Assembly: GCA_043814765.1 (NCBI GenBank)
Contig: JBDRJQ010000029.1
Location: 96,001-160,000 of the forward strand
Length of the DNA stretch: 64,000 nucleotides
Direction of reading: 5' to 3'
Source of the DNA: Nanobdellota archaeon
GTDB taxonomy: Archaea > Aenigmatarchaeota > Aenigmatarchaeia > QMZP01
The notes below the pieces were generated by a model. It was not told where the DNA came from and ran no database searches. It worked only from the letters and a program-made list of their open reading frames with translations. Position 1 is the stretch's first letter. Every line of letters starts with the position of its first letter. Of the stretch, positions 1 through 7,938 are shown one piece after another. The translations under genes and the position numbers were made by a program.

Positions 1-368
1 TTCTTTAGCTCTCTTCTTGTAACAAACTGTGATTTTATTGGATTATAGATTTTTAGGGCTTCCCTGAGTCCCATAATTTCTGACTTGGTTGCTGTGTCAT
101 TTATTTTTTTAGACAGCTCCTTCATAACGCTTTCCATTTTCAATAATCCCTCTTCATAAAGCTGCATTTTCTTTTCAAACTTTTTTATGAAAACTTTTGA
201 TTCATTTAACTGTTCCAGCGATTCAGCCTGTAAAGAGTTGATTTTTGTAACTGTCGTGTTGTTTCTTTGCTCAACAATTCTCAGCCTCATTATAATAGAA
301 TTTGTCCTCTCTATTAGTTCGTTCAATATATCGCGTATGTTTCTTCTGCCGTATTCACCATTGACCAT
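1..368 (-). CDS. Partial coiled-coil hypothetical protein (runs off the window start)
   Basis: Not in ORF track. Manual translation from ATG at 368 gives MVNGEYGRRNIRDILNELIERTNSIIMRLRIVEQ...LKIYNPIKSQFVTRRELK with no stop before the edge; divergent from the secretion ATPase. Confidence 0.75.
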   Translation of the reverse strand, partial: MVNGEYGRRNIRDILNELIERTNSIIMRLRIVEQRNNTTVTKINSLQAESLEQLNESKVFIKKFEKKMQLYEEGLLKMESVMKELSKKINDTATKSEIMGLREALKIYNPIKSQFVTRRELK

Positions 369-436
369 GTTTATTATTTGGTCAGTTGAAATAAAACCTT
401 TTAGAGCATTTATTTACTCCAAACTAATAGATTATC

Positions 437-2701
437 ATGGTCATCAAATCAAGACGCCCTGATTATGAATACAACGAAGATAAGATGCAGCTGAAAATAA
501 ATTACGTGGGTTCTATATATGGCGCTTCTATTGAAGATTTCGAAGAATGCATGGCCAATGCTATTGATAAATTATTGGAAATAAAAAAAGTGAATAGTGT
601 AGTTTTGTTAAAAGACAGAGAATATGAATATGGCTATGATCAGGTTAAAATGCTCAGAGAGATAGCTGAAATATTAGATGATATAGCAAAGGGAACAATG
701 CTGTCACATGAAATATTTGTTAATGACAAATATGTCAGATACTCTTCTGAAATGAATTCCATCATCCAATACATAATATTTGATTTGTTGAGAAGGGATC
801 CTATAGGAGCATACGTAGAAATAAAGAGGGAGATGCGTGACACTAAAATAAAAATGCGCGAAGCTAAAAGCAAAATTGAACATAGGTGTTATTTTCTCTA
901 CATGCGTGATATACTGGATCCTATTAAGAAACTGCTTGACAAGACCAAATTAATATCATTGGTTTCAGACAGGTTAGCAGGGTACCATTTAGGTGACAGG
1001 ACTCTTTATAGAGAAGTGTTTACGCCATCCATTAAACCCAATTTTATGCTTACACGATTCATGCTAACCGTGCCAGAGGGGGCAAAATCGCTTGACAGAT
1101 ACAAAATAAACGATATTCAAGTCGAGATATTTAAGATGCCTGACAGTTCCCAGAATATTTATTATGTCATACCGCCAGAATTTGGACTCAGTCATGATAA
1201 ATATGCTGTATTGGATGCTGCCAGAAGGTACATGACTGTTCACAGACCAAGAACAATAGAGTTTGTTAAATCTGACAGGGTCAGGGAAATCTTTCAAAAC
1301 GTTGGCAGAGACGTTATAAGAGAAACGTCAAGAAGAATGCATGTCGAATTGTCAAGAAACGAATTGGAACAGTTAACAAACATTCTAACCCGCTATACAA
1401 CTGGTCTGGGAGTTTTAGAGGTTCTACTGTCAGATGAAAAAATACAAGATATTTACATAAACTCTCCGATAGACAGTCAGAATATTTTAATTTTCCATGA
1501 AGATTGGGAAGAGTGCAAAACCAATCTCATACCAACAAATGAAGACGCAGAAACCTGGGCAACCAGGCTTAGAATACAATCAGGCAGACCTTTGGATGAA
1601 GCAAACCCTGTGCTGGATACTGATATAAATGTTCCAGGAGGAAGTGCGAGATTCGCTGTGATAACAAGAACTTTATCTCCGTATGGATTAGGTTTCGCCA
1701 TAAGAAGACACAGGGATAAGCCTTGGACGCTGCCTCTTTTTGTAAAAAATAAAATGATTAATCCGCTAGCAGCCGGACTATTATCTTTTTTGATAGACGG
1801 GTCTGTATCCATGCTGGTTGCTGGTGGCAGATCGTCGGGTAAAACATCCATGCTGGGCGCACTAATGCTTGAGATACTTCCAAAAACCAGGATAGTTACA
1901 ATAGAAGATACTCTTGAGCTTCCTGTTAACCAGATAAGAGACCTAAATTTCAACATAGAGAGGCTGAAATCAAGATCTGTTATAACACGGGTAGAAACAG
2001 AGATGCCTGCTGATGAGGCTCTGAGAACTGCATTGAGATTAGGAGACTCTGCAATGATAATAGGTGAAGTCAGAAGCGTTGAGGCAAAGGCTCTTTACGA
2101 AGCAATGAGGATAGGAGCCCTATCAAACGTGGTTGCAGGAACAATCCACGGAGAATCACCTTATGGTGTTTATGACAGAGTTGTTAATGATTTAGGAGTG
2201 CCTTCAACATCATTCAAAGCAACTGATATATTACCAATATGTAAAATGCTTCGTTCTGCAGACGGTTTACACAGGTTTAGAAGAATGACAGAAATAGCTG
2301 AGGTTAGAAAGGAATGGACTGACGATCCTATGAAAGAAGGCGGATTTGTGACTCTGATGCAGTATTCTGGAAAGGATGATACGCTTAAACCATCAGATAC
2401 TCTTGTTAACGGTGAATCTGAAGTTCTAAACAGAATAGCATCATATGTTAGAGAGTGGAGCGGAAACTGGGATGCTGTCTGGGAGAATATAAAATTAAGA
2501 GGCCGCATAAAAGAGACCATAGTTCAAACTGCTGATAAAATCAACAGACCAGAGATACTTGAAGCTGATTATATGGTAGCTTCTAATTCAATGTTTCATG
2601 TCATTCAGGAAAAAATAAAAAAAGAACTGGGATTGTCAGAGCCTGAGAGAGTCTATAACGACTGGTTAAAGTGGTTTAAAGCTTATATAAAAAAGGATTA
2701 G
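437..2701 (+). CDS. Type II/IV secretion system ATPase (VirB11/TadA/FlaI family)
   Basis: Walker A GGRSSGKT, Asp box TIEDTLEL, Walker B IIGEVR, His box GTIHG. Confidence 0.93.
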   Translation: MVIKSRRPDYEYNEDKMQLKINYVGSIYGASIEDFEECMANAIDKLLEIKKVNSVVLLKDREYEYGYDQVKMLREIAEILDDIAKGTMLSHEIFVNDKYVRYSSEMNSIIQYIIFDLLRRDPIGAYVEIKREMRDTKIKMREAKSKIEHRCYFLYMRDILDPIKKLLDKTKLISLVSDRLAGYHLGDRTLYREVFTPSIKPNFMLTRFMLTVPEGAKSLDRYKINDIQVEIFKMPDSSQNIYYVIPPEFGLSHDKYAVLDAARRYMTVHRPRTIEFVKSDRVREIFQNVGRDVIRETSRRMHVELSRNELEQLTNILTRYTTGLGVLEVLLSDEKIQDIYINSPIDSQNILIFHEDWEECKTNLIPTNEDAETWATRLRIQSGRPLDEANPVLDTDINVPGGSARFAVITRTLSPYGLGFAIRRHRDKPWTLPLFVKNKMINPLAAGLLSFLIDGSVSMLVAGGRSSGKTSMLGALMLEILPKTRIVTIEDTLELPVNQIRDLNFNIERLKSRSVITRVETEMPADEALRTALRLGDSAMIIGEVRSVEAKALYEAMRIGALSNVVAGTIHGESPYGVYDRVVNDLGVPSTSFKATDILPICKMLRSADGLHRFRRMTEIAEVRKEWTDDPMKEGGFVTLMQYSGKDDTLKPSDTLVNGESEVLNRIASYVREWSGNWDAVWENIKLRGRIKETIVQTADKINRPEILEADYMVASNSMFHVIQEKIKKELGLSEPERVYNDWLKWFKAYIKKD

Positions 2702-2710
2702 AGTGATTGT

Positions 2711-3955
2711 ATGGATCCATTTTTCGTAGTTAATGTGTTTTTATGGCTTTTGTTTACATTCAGCGCTGTGCTCTGGTTAATCATATTACTAGAGAACAGG
2801 CACTCTATCAAAGACAAATTAAAGCTCACTAGAATGCCCACTGTATCAATAGTAATACCGGCATTCAATGAAGAAAACAGCATTGCAGAGTGCATAAAAT
2901 CCGCACTTAGACTCGATTATCCAAAGAAGCTCATGGAAATAATAGTAATGAATGACTGTTCAACAGACAAAACAAGAGAAATAGTAGAGGAGTTTTCTGA
3001 AAAGGGATTAGTAAAATTGGTAAACAATGAGGAAAACATGGGCAAGGCATACTCTCTTAACAAGGCAATAAAAATGACAAAAGGCGAGATGTTTGTCTGT
3101 CTTGATGCAGACTCTATTATTACAGAAAATTCCTTGAAAAAAATGATTCCTTATAGTTATGATCCCCAAATCGGGGCAGTAACACCTGCACTCAAAGTAA
3201 AGAACAAGAAAAACATTATAGAAAAAGTGCAATTCGCTGAATATCTTTTCAGTTTATTCGGCAGAAAAGTCATGGGATTTGTAGATTCGATAAACGTTAC
3301 GCCTGGTTCGTTTTCTTTGTACAAGAAAAAGGTGCTTGAAGAAGTTGGCGGTTTTGAGGTTGGAAATCTTACTGAAGACATGGAAATGGCACTCAGAATA
3401 CACCAATTCGGTTATAAAATAGAAAATACTGTAGAAGCTATTTGCTACACGTATTGTCCTTCCAGTTTTGCAGCATTATTCAAACAGAGAATGAGATGGT
3501 ATAGAGGAATAGCTCATAATTTGATAAAATACAAGCATTTTTATTTTAGAAGAAAATACGGGAATCTTGGAATGGTTTTCATGCCCCTGAATTTTTTAAC
3601 AATATTTGTTATAGTAGCATTGCTAATGACATGGACTGTTCGCTATACCCTCATGGCATTTAACACCATTACGAACCTTGGAATGATAAACTGGGACATG
3701 GGTCAAGTTTTGGCTGGTTTCAGTTTTGATAATTTCTTGTTTAGTGTAGTATATAATACGCCTGTTCTTCCTATAATGGTTTTGTGTGTTGGAGGCTATG
3801 CTGTATATAAAGGATTCACAATAGGAAACGAGGATATAAGAAAACATAAACCCGATTACATTGTTTATCTGATAGCGTATCCTTTCATGTTAATGTTCTT
3901 CTGGACAATCGCTATGTGCTACGAAATTGCTGGTGCAAAAAAGAAATGGAGATAG
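2711..3955 (+). CDS. GT2 family membrane glycosyltransferase (cellulose synthase/PgaC-like)
   Basis: IVIPAFNEE, DCSTD, LDAD, TED and QRMRW (QxxRW) motifs; N- and C-terminal TM helices. Confidence 0.92.
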   Translation: MDPFFVVNVFLWLLFTFSAVLWLIILLENRHSIKDKLKLTRMPTVSIVIPAFNEENSIAECIKSALRLDYPKKLMEIIVMNDCSTDKTREIVEEFSEKGLVKLVNNEENMGKAYSLNKAIKMTKGEMFVCLDADSIITENSLKKMIPYSYDPQIGAVTPALKVKNKKNIIEKVQFAEYLFSLFGRKVMGFVDSINVTPGSFSLYKKKVLEEVGGFEVGNLTEDMEMALRIHQFGYKIENTVEAICYTYCPSSFAALFKQRMRWYRGIAHNLIKYKHFYFRRKYGNLGMVFMPLNFLTIFVIVALLMTWTVRYTLMAFNTITNLGMINWDMGQVLAGFSFDNFLFSVVYNTPVLPIMVLCVGGYAVYKGFTIGNEDIRKHKPDYIVYLIAYPFMLMFFWTIAMCYEIAGAKKKWR

Positions 3956-3989
3956 AATTTACTTTAAATATCAATAGATAATTATATTC

Positions 3990-4670
3990 ATGCCTGAAGA
4001 TTTTATAAACGGAAACAGCAGGAAGCCACTTAATTTAAAAATAATAATAACAGCTTTAGTGATAACAGTGGTTCTTTTTAGCAGTGGTGTTTTTACAGGT
4101 TATTCCATAAGCAAGGGTGCAATATCAATCTTTGATTCTGAAGTAAAAACAATATCAAATGATATTGAAAACTTTCAGTTGCAGTTTTTGTTTTTTGATG
4201 TTTTAGGAGAAGAGGCAACTTGCCCGCTTTTAGAAGATACACTAAACAAGATAAATATAAACTCGTATGAAACAGGCAATCAGATAGAAACATACGGTTC
4301 AGACAAAGCAATACTGGATTTTAATGAATATGAAGAATTGAAGAAAAGATATTCGAGACTTTTAGTTGGTTACTGGTTGCTATCAGAGAAGATGCAAAAT
4401 GCATGCGAATTTAATGCAGATACGATTGTGTATTTTTTCACTGGAGATTACACTGAATACAACGCACAAGGATTCGTTTTAACATACCTTAAAAACAAAT
4501 ATAAAGAGGATCTGCTTATCTTCTCTCTGGATGGAGATGTTGATGAACCTTCTGTTAGGGCACTGAAAGAATACTATAACATAAAAGAATACCCAAGTCT
4601 TATCATAAACGGTAAGCTGTATGAGGGCCAGAAAACAAGCGATGAAATAGAAAAAATTCTTAACAAATAA
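3990..4670 (+). CDS. Membrane-anchored hypothetical protein with thioredoxin-like C-terminal region
   Basis: N-terminal TM helix; C-terminal YNIKEYPSLIINGK resembles the thioredoxin cis-Pro strand; no CxxC. Confidence 0.6.
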   Translation: MPEDFINGNSRKPLNLKIIITALVITVVLFSSGVFTGYSISKGAISIFDSEVKTISNDIENFQLQFLFFDVLGEEATCPLLEDTLNKININSYETGNQIETYGSDKAILDFNEYEELKKRYSRLLVGYWLLSEKMQNACEFNADTIVYFFTGDYTEYNAQGFVLTYLKNKYKEDLLIFSLDGDVDEPSVRALKEYYNIKEYPSLIINGKLYEGQKTSDEIEKILNK

Positions 4671-4726
4671 CAGCATGAAGCAAAAAACCTTATAAACCAA
4701 TTCTTGGTTATATCATAATATCAGAG

Positions 4727-6187
4727 GTGATTAAATTAAAATATTATATTACAACTCCGCTGTATTATGTGAATGCTAAAGCGCATATAGGGCATGCTTA
4801 CACAAACATAGCTGCTGATGTATTGGCCAGATGGCACAGGCTAAAAGGGGATGATGTTTTCTTTCTGACAGGAACAGACGAGCACGGCAAAAAAGTAGAA
4901 ACTGCAGCCAAAAAGGCCAAGAAAAAACCAAAAGATTTTGCAGATTCAATTGCAAAAGATTTTAAAAAGGTCTGGAAAGTTCTGAACATTTCCAATGATT
5001 ATTTCATAAGAACTACGTCTGAACAGCATAAAAAAGCTGTCTACGAGATGGTTCGCAGGATGAAGGAGAGGGGCGACATCTACAAAGGTGTCTACGAGGA
5101 CTGGTACTGCGTGCCCTGTGAGAGCTATTGGACCAAAACACAGCTAAAAGATGAGAAATGCCCTACCTGCGGAAGGGAAGTGGAGAAACTAAAGGAAGAA
5201 AGCTACTTTTTCAAGCTCAGTAAGTATCAGAAGCCTCTTATGGAGCTATATGAAAAAAACAAGGGGTTCATCTCACCAGAATATAGAAGGCAAGAAATCA
5301 TAAACCGCGTCAAAGAAGGCCTTAAGGATTTGAGCATAACAAGGACCAGTTTTGACTGGGGAATAAAGTATCCTGATGACAGTAAGCACATACTCTATGT
5401 TTGGATCGATGCGCTTACGAATTATATCAGCGCCCTGGATTTTCCAGACGGAAGCAAGTACAAAAAATTCTGGCCTGCGGATGTGCATATTATGGCTAAG
5501 GAGATCCTATGGTTTCATAGTGTTATCTGGCCTGCAATGCTTTTGAGTGCTGGTGTTAAGCCGCCTAAAAAGGTGTTTGCACATGGTTGGTTAACAGTAG
5601 ACGGAGAGAAGATGTCCAAATCTGTAGGAAATGTTATTGATCCTATAGACATGTCAAAAAAATATTCTACAGACGCTTTACGTTATTTCCTTTTAAGGGA
5701 AATAGCATTTGGGCATGATGGAGATTTTTCAGAAGAATCTCTAAGGGGAAAAATAAACAACGAGCTTGTTGCTGACCTTGGAAATCTTCTTAACAGAACG
5801 CTAACCCTAGTAGACAAATATAAAGGAAAAATTGAAGGAAAACCCAAGCTTGAGAAGGAGCTGAAAATTAAGAAGATAGAGAAGTATATAGATATTTTTG
5901 AATTCCATCATGCATTGGATGAGATATGGAATTTCATTCGCGCAACCAACAGATACATAAATGAAACAGAGCCTTGGAAGCTTGAAGGAAAGGAACTTTC
6001 AAGCGTTCTCTATAACCTTCTTGAGTCGCTTAGAATAGTTTCTATATTGATCAGCCCTTTCATGCCTGAAACATCTGAAAAAATAAATAAACAGCTAGGA
6101 ATTAAACCCGGAAAACTAAAAGACTGTGAATTTGGAAAGTTTGCAGGCAAACCAAAAAAAGGTGAGTTGTTATTCAAGAAGCTTTAG
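4727..6187 (+). CDS. metG: Methionine--tRNA ligase (short form, no C-terminal OB domain)
   Basis: ITTPLYYVN, HIGH, GTDEHG, CVPC/CPTC zinc knuckle, KMSKS. Confidence 0.96.
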   Translation: MIKLKYYITTPLYYVNAKAHIGHAYTNIAADVLARWHRLKGDDVFFLTGTDEHGKKVETAAKKAKKKPKDFADSIAKDFKKVWKVLNISNDYFIRTTSEQHKKAVYEMVRRMKERGDIYKGVYEDWYCVPCESYWTKTQLKDEKCPTCGREVEKLKEESYFFKLSKYQKPLMELYEKNKGFISPEYRRQEIINRVKEGLKDLSITRTSFDWGIKYPDDSKHILYVWIDALTNYISALDFPDGSKYKKFWPADVHIMAKEILWFHSVIWPAMLLSAGVKPPKKVFAHGWLTVDGEKMSKSVGNVIDPIDMSKKYSTDALRYFLLREIAFGHDGDFSEESLRGKINNELVADLGNLLNRTLTLVDKYKGKIEGKPKLEKELKIKKIEKYIDIFEFHHALDEIWNFIRATNRYINETEPWKLEGKELSSVLYNLLESLRIVSILISPFMPETSEKINKQLGIKPGKLKDCEFGKFAGKPKKGELLFKKL

Positions 6188-7711
6188 TTATTTTAATCTA
6201 TTCTCATCCACAGTAAATCCTTTATTGTTTAATAAATTACAAAATCTTTCCATTGGTTCTATTTCAGAAAATGTTTGGAAGCAGGGATTTGGGTTTATAG
6301 GATTTCCCGCTAATAACGTGTGCTCATATCTTGATCCTATATATGTATAGTTGAAGATTCTCTCTGGTTGGCATTTGCTGATATCCCCTAATATAATAAA
6401 ATCTTCGTTTTCATAAACAACTGGATACTGGTGTTGATATGTCCTGTTGGATTCCCATTCAAATTCTTTTGTAGAAGAAAATAAAATTATATATCCGCCA
6501 CTATTTATAGCATCGTTTGGTGTGTATGGTGTCGGCTCTGTTGTTTTACCTAAATAATTTATTATTGGCCAAACATTAGAATATGCTCTGCAGGCATATA
6601 TTCCATAGTCATGCAATTTGTTTATAGATTCAATGTAGCTGTCTCTCATCTCGAAATTGTTCCCGCCTATTAGGCCATTAAATATTATAACATTTGATAA
6701 GATTATGAAGGTTATTGAAATCTTGAAAATTGTTTTTGATTTTTGCTTTATTTTGTATATACCTATTACAGAAAAATAGGCAATAGGTAGCGACATTGAA
6801 AAGAGGAAACGCATGATCTTTGTTGGGTTTAAAGCATACTGATAGAATGATAATATTAAAATCGCTAGCATAATTAAATTGATTTTTTCATTTTTTACAA
6901 ACCCTGTCAACTGTTGATTGATACAAGACGATTTCCAGCTGTAAAAGACACATATTAAACCTATGATAAGGAACGGCCAAAGATAAGTTATAGCACCATT
7001 GAAATGAATAAAATCAATAGGCTGGTACACCACACCTATTTTATTTTTGATGTTGAACACATAATTATCTAGTATTGAAGTAAACATGTTTCCTGAGCAG
7101 TAAAAATTATAAGCGAACCAGGGAATAAAGGTTAATATGAAAAACGATATGTTTTGTAATATTTTTTTAATATCTTTGGTGAGGAATAAAAGCGGTGTAA
7201 AGATAAAAAACGTGTATCTGGCTAAACACGCGAGGCCTAAAGAAAAACCAGCATACGGCTTCTTTTCTAAAAACAAAGCTAAGAAAAGCTCTAAAAAGGC
7301 AAGTGATAAAAGCTCTGTTCCTCCCCATAAACCGTAAAACAAAACAAATGGCGATAATGAAAAGAGATAAAAGAACAACTTATTTATTTTCATGGCGTTA
7401 GCTAGTCTTGTATTTGAATAGAAAAATAATACTGAAACAAATACTATATAGATGTATTCTGATATTGTCCATCCTAGTGGACTAAATAACCATATGAAAA
7501 AAGAGACCAGTGGCGGTCTAAATGGCTCATAGTAATTGCTTAAACCTGCCCAATACTTGGCATTTGAAACATAGCTAGTGAAATCCCAAACTATGTTAGC
7601 ATAATGGTGGTATAGAAAGAAAGTAGTTGATAATATAAAAATTATTATTATGTACTTGTTTTCAATTACAATTTTTTTAATTTTTTCCTTATCCAATGAT
7701 ATTATAACCAC
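6188..7711 (-). CDS. Polytopic membrane GT-C glycosyltransferase-like protein (ArnT/PMT-like)
   Basis: About 10 TM segments; WD in first loop, RPPL, TE, LARY and RF motifs typical of GT-C. Confidence 0.7.
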   Translation of the reverse strand: MVIISLDKEKIKKIVIENKYIIIIFILSTTFFLYHHYANIVWDFTSYVSNAKYWAGLSNYYEPFRPPLVSFFIWLFSPLGWTISEYIYIVFVSVLFFYSNTRLANAMKINKLFFYLFSLSPFVLFYGLWGGTELLSLAFLELFLALFLEKKPYAGFSLGLACLARYTFFIFTPLLFLTKDIKKILQNISFFILTFIPWFAYNFYCSGNMFTSILDNYVFNIKNKIGVVYQPIDFIHFNGAITYLWPFLIIGLICVFYSWKSSCINQQLTGFVKNEKINLIMLAILILSFYQYALNPTKIMRFLFSMSLPIAYFSVIGIYKIKQKSKTIFKISITFIILSNVIIFNGLIGGNNFEMRDSYIESINKLHDYGIYACRAYSNVWPIINYLGKTTEPTPYTPNDAINSGGYIILFSSTKEFEWESNRTYQHQYPVVYENEDFIILGDISKCQPERIFNYTYIGSRYEHTLLAGNPINPNPCFQTFSEIEPMERFCNLLNNKGFTVDENRLK

Positions 7712-7840
7712 CTGGCCAAAATCTGATATTTAATATCTTTATTTGAAAAGCACATTAAAAACGTTTGATAAAAATCAAATCAGCAACCATGCAAATAACT
7801 CATGAAAAACAGATAATATAAAATAACCACTGGAGTATCA

Positions 7841-7856
7841 AAAACCATTTATATAA
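7841..7856 (+). promoter_or_regulatory. BRE/TATA promoter of the nrdD operon
   Basis: AAAACCA followed by TTTATATA (7848-7855); expected TSS near 7875-7880; SD-like GAGGT at 7927-7931 before ATG 7939. Confidence 0.7.
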
Positions 7857-7871
7857 CTTCAACCTAATAAA

Positions 7872-7887
7872 CTACTACATCTTGGGG
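7872..7887. promoter_or_regulatory. NrdR box 1 (candidate operator overlapping the predicted TSS)
   Basis: ctaCTACATCTTGggg; core 7875-7884 fits the CwAnATnTwG core of the NrdR consensus acaCwAtATaTwGtg. Confidence 0.8.
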
Positions 7888-7903
7888 TATTTCAGTAGTG
7901 TTT

Positions 7904-7919
7904 ATACAAGATGTAGTAT
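7904..7919. promoter_or_regulatory. NrdR box 2 (32 bp downstream of box 1)
   Basis: ataCAAGATGTAGtat; core 7907-7916 is the exact reverse complement of the box 1 core. Confidence 0.8.
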
Positions 7920-7938
7920 TTATTTAGAGGTAGTAAAA

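Noticed and set aside
437..2701. Complete archaellum or pilus operon
   Set aside because: Only the ATPase is present; no TadC/FlaJ platform or pilin genes are adjacent within the window.
7882..7938. ORF-track N-terminal extension of nrdD from TTG 7882
   Set aside because: It overlaps the operator boxes; the SD and NrdR-like MKCPFC start support ATG 7939.
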